NCBI GenBank assembly: GCA_050735855.1
Contig: JBOHWA010000449.1
Location: 1-34,074, forward strand
Direction of reading: 5' to 3'
DNA length: 34,074 bases
From: Candidatus Binatia bacterium
Lineage (GTDB): Bacteria > Desulfobacterota > Binatia > HRBIN30 > CADEER01
The notes under the pieces were generated by a model that saw only the letters and a program-made list of their open reading frames with translations, did not search any database and was not told where the DNA came from. Positions 1 to 9,555 of this stretch are shown here, one piece after another (the first letter of the stretch is position 1; each line of letters opens with the position of its first letter). The position numbers were made by a program, and so were the translations under genes.

Positions 1-679
1 CGACCGTCGCCGGGCCGACCGCCGGCACGTCGAAGCGCAGATCCTGCCCCGGCTTGCTCACCTTGACCACCACCGCGCCGCCGCGCGCCAGGGCGCCGCC
101 GCGGCGCAGGGCGGCGTCGGTGCCCTCGACCGCCTCGACCGCCAGCACCATGCGCGACTTGACCACCACCGTCTGGCCGATGTCGAAGGCGCCGATGCCC
201 TTGGCGACGGCGAGCCCGTAGCGCACGTCCTGCCACTGCGCCTCGTCCGGCTGGCGCGCCGTCAGCGCGCCTTCCGGGGTGAGCAGCGAGCCGAGGAAGA
301 GGGTCGACTCGACCACCGCGATGCCCTCGCCTTCGAGCTCGGCGGCGACGCCGCGCAGCAGCGCATCGTCGCTCCATTGCGTCAGCGTCTGCAGAAAGCG
401 CATGCCGCGCTCGTCCGGCGCGAAATGCTCGAGCAGCGCCGCCTTGTGGATGCCGCCCGCCATCACCGCCCGGCGCACGCCGTGCGCCTGGAAGGTGCGC
501 ACGATGGTGTCGAGCTGGCCGACCTTGATCCAGGTGAGGTGGTCGACGGCCGCTGCCAGCCCGGCCACCGTCTCGCCTTCGTGCGCCACGGCGATGACCT
601 GCAACCCGGCCGCGCGTGCCGTACGGGCGAAGAGCAAGGGGAAGGTCCCGTTGCCAGCGATCAGGCCGATGCGCTCCAT
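1..679 (-). CDS. lpxI: UDP-2,3-diacylglucosamine pyrophosphatase LpxI-like (DUF1009); 3' end cut by window edge
   Basis: Absent from the ORF track because it runs off the left edge. Hand translation of the minus strand from ATG 679-677 gives MERIGLIAGNGTFPLLFARTARAAGLQVIAVAHEGE...GIGAFDIGQTVVVKSRMVLAVEAVEGTDAALRRGG...VVKVSKPGQDLRFDVPAVGPATV. I associate this layout and C-terminal motif with LpxI. It lies directly downstream of lpxA. Confidence 0.7.
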   Translation of the reverse strand, partial: MERIGLIAGNGTFPLLFARTARAAGLQVIAVAHEGETVAGLAAAVDHLTWIKVGQLDTIVRTFQAHGVRRAVMAGGIHKAALLEHFAPDERGMRFLQTLTQWSDDALLRGVAAELEGEGIAVVESTLFLGSLLTPEGALTARQPDEAQWQDVRYGLAVAKGIGAFDIGQTVVVKSRMVLAVEAVEGTDAALRRGGALARGGAVVVKVSKPGQDLRFDVPAVGPATV

Positions 680-747
680 ACACGAGCCCTTCCATGTATC
701 GCCGTTCGCCGGACGGGGGAAGGGGATCCCTGGCGGGCGACCCTTTT

Positions 748-878
748 GGAATCCGAGCAGCCGAACACGGATTCAAGCAAGCAGACAGGGGATTAAACGG
801 ATTACACGGATTTTCAGACTCAGACCCTGATTCTGATCTGATTCTGACTCGGAAATCCGTTTGATCCGCTCAATCCGT
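748..878. repeat. Array of direct and inverted heptamers (ACGGATT / AATCCGT) plus duplicated TGATTCTGA in the lpxA-lpxI intergenic region
   Basis: Read directly. ACGGATT at 767-773, 797-803 and 806-812. Reverse complement AATCCGT at 854-860 and 872-878. Degenerate copies AATCCG 750-755 and GATCCGC 863-869. TGATTCTGA at 828-836 and 839-847. AAACGGATT (795-803) is the exact reverse complement of AATCCGTTT (854-862). The stretch is visibly AT-richer than its flanks. Confidence 0.6.
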
Positions 879-920
879 TGTTGCCTTCTCCGTTCCTCGG
901 CCGCCCACCGCCGCTGCGTC

Positions 921-1703
921 TCAGCGGACGACGCCGCGCTCCGAGCGTTCGATGAAGCTGACGAAGCGCTCGACCTCGTCGACGCCGGGGATTTCGGCGC
1001 GGATGCGGGCGACGGCGTCGCCGACGCGCAGGCCGCTCTGGAACATCACTTTGTAGGCGCGCTTGATCGCCTGCTGCGCCTCGGCGCCGATGCCGCGGCG
1101 CTTCAGGCCGAGGGCGTTGAGGCCATGCAGCGTGGCGCGGTCGCCGGTGGCGTTGCAGAACGGCGCGACGTCCTGCGACACCATCGAGCCGGCGCCGATC
1201 AGGGCCGATTCACCGAGGCGGACGAACTGGTGGATGCCGGCCAGGGCGCCGAGCACGACCGCGTCCTCGATCACCACATGGCCGCCGAGCTGCACGCCGT
1301 TGGCGACGATGACGTGATCGCCGAGCACGCAGTCGTGGGCGATGTGCGCGTAGTTCATCAGCAGGTTGCCGCTGCCGACGCGGGTCAGCATGCCGCCGCC
1401 CTCGGTGCCCGGCTGCAGCGTGCAGAACTCGCGGATGCGGTTGTCGTCGCCGATGACCAGCTCGCTGTCCTCGCCGTGGAACTTGAGGTCCTGCGGCTCG
1501 GTGCCGATCGACGCGAACGGGAAGATCTGATTGCGCGCGCCGATGGTCGTGCGACCGTCGATGACCACATGCGGGCCGACCACCGTCGCGGCGCCGAGGC
1601 GCACGCGCGCGCCGACGATCGAGTACGCGCCGATGGAGACGTCGGCGGCCAGCTCGGCCGTCGGGGCCACCACCGCCGTGGGATGGATGCGGGCGCCGCT
1701 CAT
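921..1703 (-). CDS. lpxA: Acyl-ACP--UDP-N-acetylglucosamine O-acyltransferase
   Basis: 260-aa ORF with left-handed beta-helix hexapeptide repeats. LpxA hallmarks are IHPTAVV at the N-terminus, FASIGTEPQDLKFHGE, NYAHIAHDC, GIHQFVRLG and GLNALGLKRRG. Confidence 0.93.
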   Translation of the reverse strand: MSGARIHPTAVVAPTAELAADVSIGAYSIVGARVRLGAATVVGPHVVIDGRTTIGARNQIFPFASIGTEPQDLKFHGEDSELVIGDDNRIREFCTLQPGTEGGGMLTRVGSGNLLMNYAHIAHDCVLGDHVIVANGVQLGGHVVIEDAVVLGALAGIHQFVRLGESALIGAGSMVSQDVAPFCNATGDRATLHGLNALGLKRRGIGAEAQQAIKRAYKVMFQSGLRVGDAVARIRAEIPGVDEVERFVSFIERSERGVVR

Positions 1704-1722
1704 CGCGGTCGACGGGCCGCCG

Positions 1723-2235
1723 TCAGCGCCGGGCGTTGTAGCGCGCGATGATCTGCTCGGTCAGGTCGAGCTCCGCGGCGCCGTACAGCACGCTGCTGCT
1801 CGATTGCTCGAGGATGATGCTGTAGTTGTTCTCCTTGCCGAACGCCTCGATCACGCCCTGCAGCTCCTTGAGCAGCTCGATGGTCAGCTCGTTGTCCTTC
1901 TGCTGCAGCTCGGCCTGCGAGTCCTTGTAGCTGCGCTCGAAGTCGCGCGCCTTGCGCTCGTAGTCCTTCTGCAGGTTGCGCGCCTCCTCCTCCTTCATCA
2001 CCGACGCCTTCTTCTCGAGCTGTTCCTTGAGGGCGTCGAGCTGGTCCTTCTTCTTCTTCAGATCGCCCTGCAGCTTCTCGACCTGCGCCTTGAAGCGCTC
2101 CTTCGCCGAGGCGCCGGCGGTCGATTCGTTCAGGGCGCGTTGCAGGTCGACGTAGCCGACCTTCAGTTGCTGGGCTACAGCCCCGGCGGCGGTGGTCAGG
2201 ACCAGCGCCACCGCCAGAGTCTTGAAGACTGTCAT
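1723..2235 (-). CDS. skp: OmpH/Skp family periplasmic chaperone
   Basis: Signal peptide MTVFKTLAVALVLTTAAGAVAQQ followed by a K/E/Q-rich coiled-coil typical of Skp, immediately downstream of bamA. The track ORF extends to 2265. I prefer the internal ATG at 2235, which begins the signal peptide. Confidence 0.8.
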   Translation of the reverse strand: MTVFKTLAVALVLTTAAGAVAQQLKVGYVDLQRALNESTAGASAKERFKAQVEKLQGDLKKKKDQLDALKEQLEKKASVMKEEEARNLQKDYERKARDFERSYKDSQAELQQKDNELTIELLKELQGVIEAFGKENNYSIILEQSSSSVLYGAAELDLTEQIIARYNARR

Positions 2236-2261
2236 CGCGATTCCTCCTCCGTCAATGTGTG

Positions 2262-4727
2262 TCACGGCGGACCGCCAAAAGAAAACTGCACCGTCTGGAC
2301 CTGGTCGCCGGTCTGGTCGTTGAGCGGGAAGCCGATCTCGATCCGCAGCGGGCCGATCGGCGAGAGCCAGCGAATGCCGCCGCCCACCGAGACCCGCATG
2401 TCGTCGATGCGGATCCCCTCCGAGGCGAGGAAGGCGTTGCCGGCGTCGCAGAAGACGACGCCCTTCAGACCGAGCGACTGGACGATCGGGAAGATGATCT
2501 CGTTGTTGAAGATGAGCTGCTGGCTGCCGCCGATGACGTCGCGGCGGAACAGGCGGGCACAGGAATTGGGGCCCAGGTCGCAGTTCTCGTCCTTGCCTTT
2601 GCCCTGCTCGAACACGTCGTTGCGCGGGCCGAGCGACCGCACCTCGAAGCCGCGCACCGAGTTGATGCCGCCGGGAAAGTAGCGCTCGAACAGCGGCAGC
2701 TCGGTCGCGTCGCCGTAGCCGAAGCCGTAGCCGAGCGTCATGCCGGTGCCGAAGACGAGGGTGCCGAACTTGGGCACTTCATACACCGGGATGTACCAGC
2801 GCGTGCGCGCCTGGGCGTTGATGTAGTCGCTGTCGCCGCCGAGACCGGCGATCTCGATCGACAGATCCTGGAACGAACCGGACGTCGGGTCGATCAGATT
2901 GTTGCGCGTGTCGCGGAAGATGCGCGGGATGATCGAGCTGGTCAGGCTGGTGCCGGCCTCGGCCTTGATGACCGAAGCGGCGCCGCGGCTGACGTCGCTG
3001 ATCTCGGCGTTCTCGATGCGATACTCGAGGCCGATGCGGGTATCGAGCAGGGAGAACTGGCCGAGCGGTCCGAGGCGGATGACCTCGAGACCGAGAGCGG
3101 GGAACGGATAGAGCGTGCGGATGCCGCCGCCGGTGCCGCCGCGGGTGAACTCGTCGAAATCGAGCTGCCAGTTGAACGCGTCGAGGCCGACGGTGAGCTG
3201 GGTGCCGAGGAAGTAGGGCTCGGTGAAGTTCAGGCTGATGTTGCGGCGGATGGAGCCGAAGTCGGCGTTGAAGACGACCGCCTGGCCGCGGCCGAACAGG
3301 TTCGCCTCGGAGAGACGGACATTGAACAGGAACGACTCACCCGAGCTGATGCCGGCGCCGGCGGAGAAGGCGCCGGTGTTGCCCTCGCGCACGTCGACGA
3401 TGACGTCGAGCTTGTCGTCGGCGTCGGCCTTGCGGGTCGTGATGTTGACGTCCTCGAAGAACCCGAGCCGCTTGAGCCGGTCCTGACTGCGGCGCAACTG
3501 CGAGCCGGAGAAACGCTGCTGCTCCTGCAGCTCGAGCTCGCGGCGGATGACGCTGTCGAGCGTCTTGGTGTTGCCGCTGATCTCGATGCGGTCGATGTAG
3601 ACCTCGGGACCGCGGGTCACCCGGTAGTTGACGTTGACCACCTTCTCGGTGGGGTTGATGTCGGTCTCGGGGGTGACGTTGACGAAGGCATAGCCGAGGT
3701 CGCCGTAGTCCTGCGAGACCTCGTTGATGTCCTCGCGCAGCTTGCTCGGCTGGAAGGTCTCGCCCTGCTGCGCCTGCATGACCAGGGCTTCCTCGCCCTC
3801 GATCAGCGGCAGCGTCTCGCCGACGACGTTGATGGTGCCGAACTTGTACTGCTGGCCCTCGTCGAGCTTGAAGGTGACCTTCAGGCCCTCCTCGTCGCGG
3901 TCGATCTTGGGCTCGTCGACGCGCACGTCGATGTAGCCGTTCTCGTAGTAAAAGGCGGTCAGGCGCTCGGCGTCGGTATTGAGCACCTCGCGGTCGAGGT
4001 TGCCGGAGCCGGTGACGAAGGACAGCAGGCCGCTCTCGCGCGTCTGCATGATGCGCTCGAGCTCGCTGTCGTCGAACTCCTTGTTGCCCTCGATCTCGAT
4101 GGTGTGGATGCGGATCGGGTCCTTCTCGTCGATGGCGAACGTGACATCGACCTCGTTCTCGCCCACCGGAGTGGTCTCGAGGCGGATCTCGGCGTCCAGA
4201 TAGCCCTTCTTCTCATAGGCCGCCTTGGCTTCGTCGATGCCCTGGCGCGCCTTGGCCGGGTCGAGGATGGTGTTGGGCCGGATGCGCAGCATCCCCTCCA
4301 ACTCCTCGCGGTCGAGCTTCTTGTTGCCCTCGATCTTGACCTGGCGGACGAAGGGCCGCTCGTGCACCTCGTAGGTCAGCACCCATTGGCCGTCGACCTC
4401 GTCGAACGTGACGGTGACGTCGTCGAAGAAGCCCATCTTGTAGAGCGCCCGCACGTCGGCATCGACGGCCTTCTCGCTGTACCGCGCGCCCGGCTGCGCC
4501 GTCAGGCGCACGCGGATGGCTTCGTCCTCGACGCGCTGGTTGCCGGCGATCAGCACGCGGTCGACGCGCACGTCGGCGGGCGGCAACGCCACCTGCCCCG
4601 CGGCGCGCAGCGGTGCGAGCGCGAGCCCCACGACCGCCAGACCAACCAGCAACGTTCGCACGCCGTCCCTATACCTGTTCGGCAAAACGCGCGAGACGTA
4701 CCAAACAGGTGACTGACAGTAAACCAT
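2262..4727 (-). CDS. bamA: Outer membrane protein assembly factor BamA
   Basis: 821-aa ORF with N-terminal POTRA-like repeats (IAGNQRVEDEAIR..., IEGNKKLDREEL, IEGNKEFDDSEL, ISGNTKTLDSVIRREL). The C-terminal Omp85 barrel carries FPGGINSVRGF and ends in ...QFSFGGPP. The start could instead be GTG at 4661, just before the signal-like VRTLLVGLAVVGLALAPLRAAGQ. Confidence 0.93.
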   Translation of the reverse strand: MVYCQSPVWYVSRVLPNRYRDGVRTLLVGLAVVGLALAPLRAAGQVALPPADVRVDRVLIAGNQRVEDEAIRVRLTAQPGARYSEKAVDADVRALYKMGFFDDVTVTFDEVDGQWVLTYEVHERPFVRQVKIEGNKKLDREELEGMLRIRPNTILDPAKARQGIDEAKAAYEKKGYLDAEIRLETTPVGENEVDVTFAIDEKDPIRIHTIEIEGNKEFDDSELERIMQTRESGLLSFVTGSGNLDREVLNTDAERLTAFYYENGYIDVRVDEPKIDRDEEGLKVTFKLDEGQQYKFGTINVVGETLPLIEGEEALVMQAQQGETFQPSKLREDINEVSQDYGDLGYAFVNVTPETDINPTEKVVNVNYRVTRGPEVYIDRIEISGNTKTLDSVIRRELELQEQQRFSGSQLRRSQDRLKRLGFFEDVNITTRKADADDKLDVIVDVREGNTGAFSAGAGISSGESFLFNVRLSEANLFGRGQAVVFNADFGSIRRNISLNFTEPYFLGTQLTVGLDAFNWQLDFDEFTRGGTGGGIRTLYPFPALGLEVIRLGPLGQFSLLDTRIGLEYRIENAEISDVSRGAASVIKAEAGTSLTSSIIPRIFRDTRNNLIDPTSGSFQDLSIEIAGLGGDSDYINAQARTRWYIPVYEVPKFGTLVFGTGMTLGYGFGYGDATELPLFERYFPGGINSVRGFEVRSLGPRNDVFEQGKGKDENCDLGPNSCARLFRRDVIGGSQQLIFNNEIIFPIVQSLGLKGVVFCDAGNAFLASEGIRIDDMRVSVGGGIRWLSPIGPLRIEIGFPLNDQTGDQVQTVQFSFGGPP

Positions 4728-4798
4728 GGCTGCGGACGCGGCGTGTCGTGTGCGGCTCGACGCCCGGCGCCCGGATCCCCCCGGGCACCGCTCGGCGG

Positions 4799-5473
4799 CT
4801 ACTGCAAGCGGCCGTCGCGCAGGCGCAGGGTGCGGTCGGCCAGGGCCGCCAGGCGCTCGTTGTGGGTGACGATGACGAAGGTGATGCCGCGGGTACGGTT
4901 GAGCTCCATCAACAGGGCATGGACCTCGTCGGCGGTCGCCGGATCGAGGTTGCCGGTCGGCTCATCGGCGAGCACGGCGCGCGGCGAGAGCACGACGGCG
5001 CGGGCCACGGCGACGCGCTGCTGTTCGCCACCGGAGAGCTCCCCGGGCTTGTGATCGAGCCGATGGCTGAGCCCCACCTGGGCGAGCATGGCGCGCGCCT
5101 GCTCCGCCGCCGCCTCGTGCGACAGGCCGCGGATCAGGCCGGGCATCATGGTGTTCTCCAGCGCCGTGAAGTCGGGCAGCAGGTGGTGGAACTGGAAGAT
5201 GAAACCGATCTCCTTGTTGCGGAACGCCGCCAGCTCGCGGTCGCCGAGGCCGCCCAGGGCGACGCCGTCGAAGTGCACGGAGCCGGCGCTCGGACGGTCG
5301 AGGGCGCCGAGCACGTGCAGCAGGGTGCTCTTGCCGACGCCCGACTGGCCGACGATGACCAGCGCCTCGCCGGCGGCGACGCGCAGATCGAGGCCGCGCA
5401 GCACCTCGACGCGATGGCGCTCGCCGTACACTTTCGAGAGCTGCTCGGCGACGATCAGCGGCCCGTCAGTCAT
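4799..5473 (-). CDS. lolD: ABC transporter ATP-binding protein, LolD-like (lipoprotein release)
   Basis: Walker [13 protein letters not shown] signature [14 protein letters not shown] and Walker [11 protein letters not shown]. It overlaps the upstream FtsX-type permease by 8 nt. Confidence 0.85.
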   Translation of the reverse strand: MTDGPLIVAEQLSKVYGERHRVEVLRGLDLRVAAGEALVIVGQSGVGKSTLLHVLGALDRPSAGSVHFDGVALGGLGDRELAAFRNKEIGFIFQFHHLLPDFTALENTMMPGLIRGLSHEAAAEQARAMLAQVGLSHRLDHKPGELSGGEQQRVAVARAVVLSPRAVLADEPTGNLDPATADEVHALLMELNRTRGITFVIVTHNERLAALADRTLRLRDGRLQ

Positions 5474-6719
5474 ACCGCAGTGCGTCCACCGGCACGAGGC
5501 GGGCCGCCTGGCGCGCCGGGTAGAGCGTGGCGATCAACACGATCGCCAGCGACACGCCGAGCACCAGGGCGAAGTATTCCGGATAGATCTTCACCGGCAG
5601 GGTGTTGACGTAGAAGACGTCCTTGGGCAGCTCGACGAACTCGAAGCGGCGCAGCACCGCACAGAGCGCGTAGCCGGCCAGGCTGCCGACCACCGTCCCG
5701 ACCCCGCCGATGACCAGCCCCTTGTAGATGAAGATCTGCGCGATGCCGCCGCGCGTCGCGCCCATCGACTTGAGGATGGCGATGTCGCGCCGCTTCTCCA
5801 TCACCACCATGATCAGCGTCGCGACGATGTTGAACGCCGCCACCAGCACGATCAGCAACAGGACGATGAAGTACACCGTCTTCTCCAGGGAGATGGCGGA
5901 GAACAGGTTGTGGTTCATCTCCTTCCAGTCGCGCACCCGGTAGGGAAAGGTGAGCTCGGCGGCGACCCCGGCGGCGACGCGGTCGGCGTCATCGAAATCG
6001 GCGCCGCGCACCTCGACGCCGGTGATGCTGCTGCCGAGGTCGAAGAAGCGTTGCGCGTCGGGCAGGTTGATGAACGCCAACGAGCTGTCGTACTCGATCA
6101 TGCCGGCGTTGAAGAGCCCGGTGACCGCGAACCGCTTCACCTTCGGTACCAGGCCGACCACGGTCGGGACGCCGACCGGCGACACCAGGCTGACCGGCTC
6201 GCCGGGGCGCACGCCGAGCTGGCGCGCCAGCTCCTTGCCGAGAATGATGCCCGGCAGCTCGACCAGGGCGCCCGACGCGTCGCGCGGCACCGTGTGGCGC
6301 GTCGCCAGATCCTCGATGCTCCCGTCGCGCACGTGGCGGGCGAAATCGATCACGCCGCCGGCGACCGGCTCGACGCCGCGGACCATGACGCCGGCGAAGT
6401 TGTCGGCGCTGGCCAGCATCGCCTGCCCCTGGACGTAGGGCGAGGCGGCGACCACCCCGGCGACGCGCCGGATGCGTGCCGCCACCTCGGGATCGTTGGG
6501 CAGCGGGGCGCCGTGGCTCGAGACCAGCACATGCGGCGTGAAGGCGAGGATGCGATCGCGCAGGTCCTCTTCGAACCCGGTCATCACCGCCAGCACGACG
6601 TTGAGCGTCATCACGCCGATCGCCACGCCGGCGGTGGCGATGCCGGTGATCAGCGAGATGAAACCCTCGCTGCGCTTGGCGCGCAGGTAGCGCAGGCCGA
6701 TGAAGAGCGCGTACGGCAT
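5466..6719 (-). CDS. lolC: Lipoprotein-releasing ABC transporter permease, LolC/E family (MacB-FtsX type)
   Basis: 417-aa ORF starting [16 protein letters not shown]. It has an N-terminal TM helix, a large periplasmic domain and a C-terminal FtsX-like 3-TM bundle ([26 protein letters not shown]). It is coupled to lolD. Confidence 0.85.
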   Translation of the reverse strand: MPYALFIGLRYLRAKRSEGFISLITGIATAGVAIGVMTLNVVLAVMTGFEEDLRDRILAFTPHVLVSSHGAPLPNDPEVAARIRRVAGVVAASPYVQGQAMLASADNFAGVMVRGVEPVAGGVIDFARHVRDGSIEDLATRHTVPRDASGALVELPGIILGKELARQLGVRPGEPVSLVSPVGVPTVVGLVPKVKRFAVTGLFNAGMIEYDSSLAFINLPDAQRFFDLGSSITGVEVRGADFDDADRVAAGVAAELTFPYRVRDWKEMNHNLFSAISLEKTVYFIVLLLIVLVAAFNIVATLIMVVMEKRRDIAILKSMGATRGGIAQIFIYKGLVIGGVGTVVGSLAGYALCAVLRRFEFVELPKDVFYVNTLPVKIYPEYFALVLGVSLAIVLIATLYPARQAARLVPVDALRYD

Positions 6720-6762
6720 CAGCCCGCCCGGCCGCGGCGGGGCGGGCTGCGGCGCGGCGGCG

Positions 6763-8277
6763 TCATCGCTCGGGCCGCATGTGCGGGAAGAGGATGACGT
6801 CGCGGATCGAGGCCGAATCGGTCAGCAGCATCACCAGGCGGTCGATGCCGATCCCCTCGCCCGCCGCCGGCGGCATGCCGTGCTCGAGGGCGCGCAGGAA
6901 GTCCTCGTCCATCGGCTGCGCTTCCTCGTCGCCGGCGACGCGCTGCTGCATCTGCGCCTCGAGGCGCCCGCGCTGGTCCTCGGGATCGTTGAGCTCGGAG
7001 AACGCGTTGGCCATCTCCTGCCCGGCGACGAAGAGCTCGAAGCGATCGACGAAGGCCGGCGCGCGCTCGTTGCGGCGCGCCAGGGGCGAGACCGCGACCG
7101 GATACTCGTAGACGAAGGTCGGTTGGATGAGCTCGGGCTCGGCCAGATGCTCGAACAGATCGAGCAGCAGGTAGCCGGCCGCGCCGGCGCCGTAGAGCTT
7201 GCCGTAGTTCTTGCGCAGCGGGCCGCCGACCTGATCGGCGGCCGGTCGCAGCACCGCCAGATCGAGCCCGCGCACGCGGTCGAGCGGCAGCGCGCAGCGC
7301 GCGGCGACGTACTCGGGGATCGAGACGCGGCGGAACGGCGGCGAGAGATCGATGGTGTGGCCGAGGTAGCTGACCTGGCGCGCGCCGACCACCGCGTCGG
7401 CCAGTTCGACGAAGAGCGCCTCGGTCATCGCCATCAGGTCTTCATAGGTCGCGTACGCCTGGTAGAACTCGAGCAGCGTGAACTCCGGGTTGTGCCGGGT
7501 CGAGACGCCCTCGTTGCGGAAGACGCGATTGACCTCGAACACGCGCTCGAAGCCGCCGACCAGCAGGCGCTTCAGGTAGAGCTCCGGCGAGATGCGCAGG
7601 TAGAGGTCCATGTCGAGCGCGTTGTGGTGCGTGACAAACGGCTTGGCCGCGGCGCCGCCGGGAATCGGGTGCATCATCGGCGTCTCGACCTCGACGAAGT
7701 CGCGCCGGGTCAAGAACGTGCGCACGAACTGGATGATCTGCGCCCGGCGGCGGAAGGTCTCGCGCGCCACGTCGTTGCCGATCAGATCGACGTAGCGCTG
7801 GCGGTAGCGCACCTCGACGTCGGTCAGCCCGTGCCACTTCTCCGGCAGCGGGCGCAGCGCCTTGGCCAGGACGCGGAACTCGCGCGCCTCGAGCGTCAGC
7901 TCGTTGGTCCTGGTGCGGAACGGCACGCCGACGACGCCGACGATATCGCCGATATCGGCGTGCTTGAAGCGCGCGAAGGCCTCCTCGCCGAGCCCGTCGC
8001 GCTTGACGTAGGCCTGCAGGCGGCCGGCGCGGTCCTGCAGCTGCAGGAACGACGCCTTGCCGAAGTCGCGCTTGGCGACCATCCGCCCGGCGACGCGCAG
8101 CGGGGCGGGCGGCGCGGCCGCGAGCTGCTCGCTGCTCAACTCGCCGAAAGCCGCGGCGACCTCGACGGTGGTGTGGTCGGGCCGGAAGTCGTTGGCGAAG
8201 GGCGCAGCGCCCGCGGCGCGCAACGCCTCCAGCTTGAGGCGGCGGGCCGCGATGAGGTCGTTCTCGTCAGACTCCAC
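6763..8277 (-). CDS. lysS: Lysine--tRNA ligase (class II)
   Basis: This is the C-terminal 504 codons of the 1182-aa track ORF. GTG at 8277 begins [23 protein letters not shown]. An OB-fold anticodon-binding region follows ([22 protein letters not shown]). Class II motifs include [29 protein letters not shown] and [12 protein letters not shown]. An in-frame ATG at 8394 would overlap the divergent ttuB-like start, so GTG 8277 is preferred. Confidence 0.93.
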   Translation of the reverse strand: MESDENDLIAARRLKLEALRAAGAAPFANDFRPDHTTVEVAAAFGELSSEQLAAAPPAPLRVAGRMVAKRDFGKASFLQLQDRAGRLQAYVKRDGLGEEAFARFKHADIGDIVGVVGVPFRTRTNELTLEAREFRVLAKALRPLPEKWHGLTDVEVRYRQRYVDLIGNDVARETFRRRAQIIQFVRTFLTRRDFVEVETPMMHPIPGGAAAKPFVTHHNALDMDLYLRISPELYLKRLLVGGFERVFEVNRVFRNEGVSTRHNPEFTLLEFYQAYATYEDLMAMTEALFVELADAVVGARQVSYLGHTIDLSPPFRRVSIPEYVAARCALPLDRVRGLDLAVLRPAADQVGGPLRKNYGKLYGAGAAGYLLLDLFEHLAEPELIQPTFVYEYPVAVSPLARRNERAPAFVDRFELFVAGQEMANAFSELNDPEDQRGRLEAQMQQRVAGDEEAQPMDEDFLRALEHGMPPAAGEGIGIDRLVMLLTDSASIRDVILFPHMRPER

Positions 8278-8386
8278 GCGCGTCGGTACCTTGGGCGCGG
8301 AGTAACCGGTCGATACCGACGAGTCAAGGTGACGTGGGGCCCCTCCCTTTACTGCCGCAGCCCCCTCCCCTATCCTCCGGCTCCCG

Positions 8387-8581
8387 ATGCACATCACGAT
8401 TCTCCCCCAGCGCAAGCAGCTCGAGGTCGCCGGCCGGCGGCGGGCGGGCGACATGTTGCGCGACCTCGGCTTCCTGCCCGGCACCGCGATGGTGATCCGC
8501 GGCGACGAGCTGGTGCCGGAGAGCGGCATGCTCGAGGCGGACGACGTGATCGAGGTCCGCTCGGTCATTTCGGGAGGGTGA
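8387..8581 (+). CDS. ttuB: ThiS/MoaD-fold sulfur-carrier protein, TtuB-like (C-terminal Gly-Gly)
   Basis: 64-aa ORF ending ...IEVRSVISGG. Its stop overlaps the ATG of the PP-loop thiolase gene (TGATG at 8579-8583). Confidence 0.6.
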   Translation: MHITILPQRKQLEVAGRRRAGDMLRDLGFLPGTAMVIRGDELVPESGMLEADDVIEVRSVISGG

Positions 8582-9516
8582 TGGCGATGAAGTGCACCCG
8601 CTGCAAGGCGCCCGGCGAGGTCCAGCTGCGCCAGCACAACGCCGGCTTCTGCCGCGACTGTTTCGTCTTCTACTTCCAGCGCCAGGTCGAGCGCGCGGTC
8701 GAGAAGGAGCGCATGTTCCATCTCGACGAGCCGGTGCTGGTCGCCGTCTCCGGCGGCAAGGACAGCCTGGCGCTGTGGGATGTGCTGCACACGCTCGGCT
8801 ACCAGACCACCGGGCTGCACCTGTCGCTCGGCATCGGCACGTACTCCGACATCTCGACCGAGAAGACCGTCGCCTTTGCGACCGCGCGCGGGCTGCCGCT
8901 GATCACCGTGCCGCTGAAGGACGAGGGCCGCTCGGTGCCGGAGATCACCGACTTCACCCATCGCCCCGCCTGCTCGGCGTGCGGCACGCTGAAGCGCCAC
9001 TACTTCGACCAGCTCGCCGTCGACCGCGGCTTCCCGGTGCTGGCCACCGGCCACAACCTCGACGACGAGGCGGCGCGGCTGCTCGGCAACGTGTTGCACT
9101 GGCAGATGGAGCATCTGGCGCGCCAGCGCCCGGTGCTCGAGCCGACGCACGACCGCTTCGTCCGCAAGGTGAAGCCGCTGTTCCGCATCAGCGAGTACGA
9201 GGCCGCGGTCTACTCCTTCTTCCGCGGCATCGACTACATCGTCGACGAATGTCCGAACGCCGCCGGGGCCACGCAGCTGCTCTACAAGGACATGCTCAAC
9301 CGGCTCGAGGCCGCCAGCCCGGGCAGCAAGCTCACCTTCGTGCAGGAGTTCCTGCACCGCGCCCAGCCCGGCATGCAGCCGACGACCCACGAGCCGCCGC
9401 AGACCTGCAGCGGGTGCGGCATGCCGGCGTACGGCGAGTTGTGCGGGTTCTGCCGGCTCATGCGCGAGACCGACACCAAGCGCGAACGGCGCCAGGCCGC
9501 CGCCGCGCGCCTCTGA
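8581..9516 (+). CDS. ttuA: tRNA 2-thiolation PP-loop ATPase, TtuA-like (tRNA-5-methyluridine54 2-sulfurtransferase family)
   Basis: PP-loop VAVSGGKDSLAL. N-terminal zinc-finger pattern CTRCKAPGEVQLRQHNAGFCRDCF. Central CSACG (Fe-S ligand position). C-terminal CSGCGMPAYGELCGFC. Only the last 311 codons of track ORF 6700-9516 are taken. Confidence 0.75.
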   Translation: MAMKCTRCKAPGEVQLRQHNAGFCRDCFVFYFQRQVERAVEKERMFHLDEPVLVAVSGGKDSLALWDVLHTLGYQTTGLHLSLGIGTYSDISTEKTVAFATARGLPLITVPLKDEGRSVPEITDFTHRPACSACGTLKRHYFDQLAVDRGFPVLATGHNLDDEAARLLGNVLHWQMEHLARQRPVLEPTHDRFVRKVKPLFRISEYEAAVYSFFRGIDYIVDECPNAAGATQLLYKDMLNRLEAASPGSKLTFVQEFLHRAQPGMQPTTHEPPQTCSGCGMPAYGELCGFCRLMRETDTKRERRQAAAARL

Positions 9517-9555
9517 CCCCACCCGACCGCGCCGTTCGCCCAGGTTCCGACATCC

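Noticed and set aside
2259-4712. 817-aa plus-strand ORF antisense to bamA
   Set aside because: Its composition (A/D/E/L/V/G/R runs) and lack of any motif contrast with the clear BamA POTRA and barrel signature on the other strand.
6700-8580. N-terminal 627 codons of the 938-aa plus-strand ORF 6700-9516
   Set aside because: This part is antisense to lysS, with A/R/E/L/D/G-rich composition typical of the reverse frame of a GC-rich gene. The TtuA-like homology begins only at ATG 8581.
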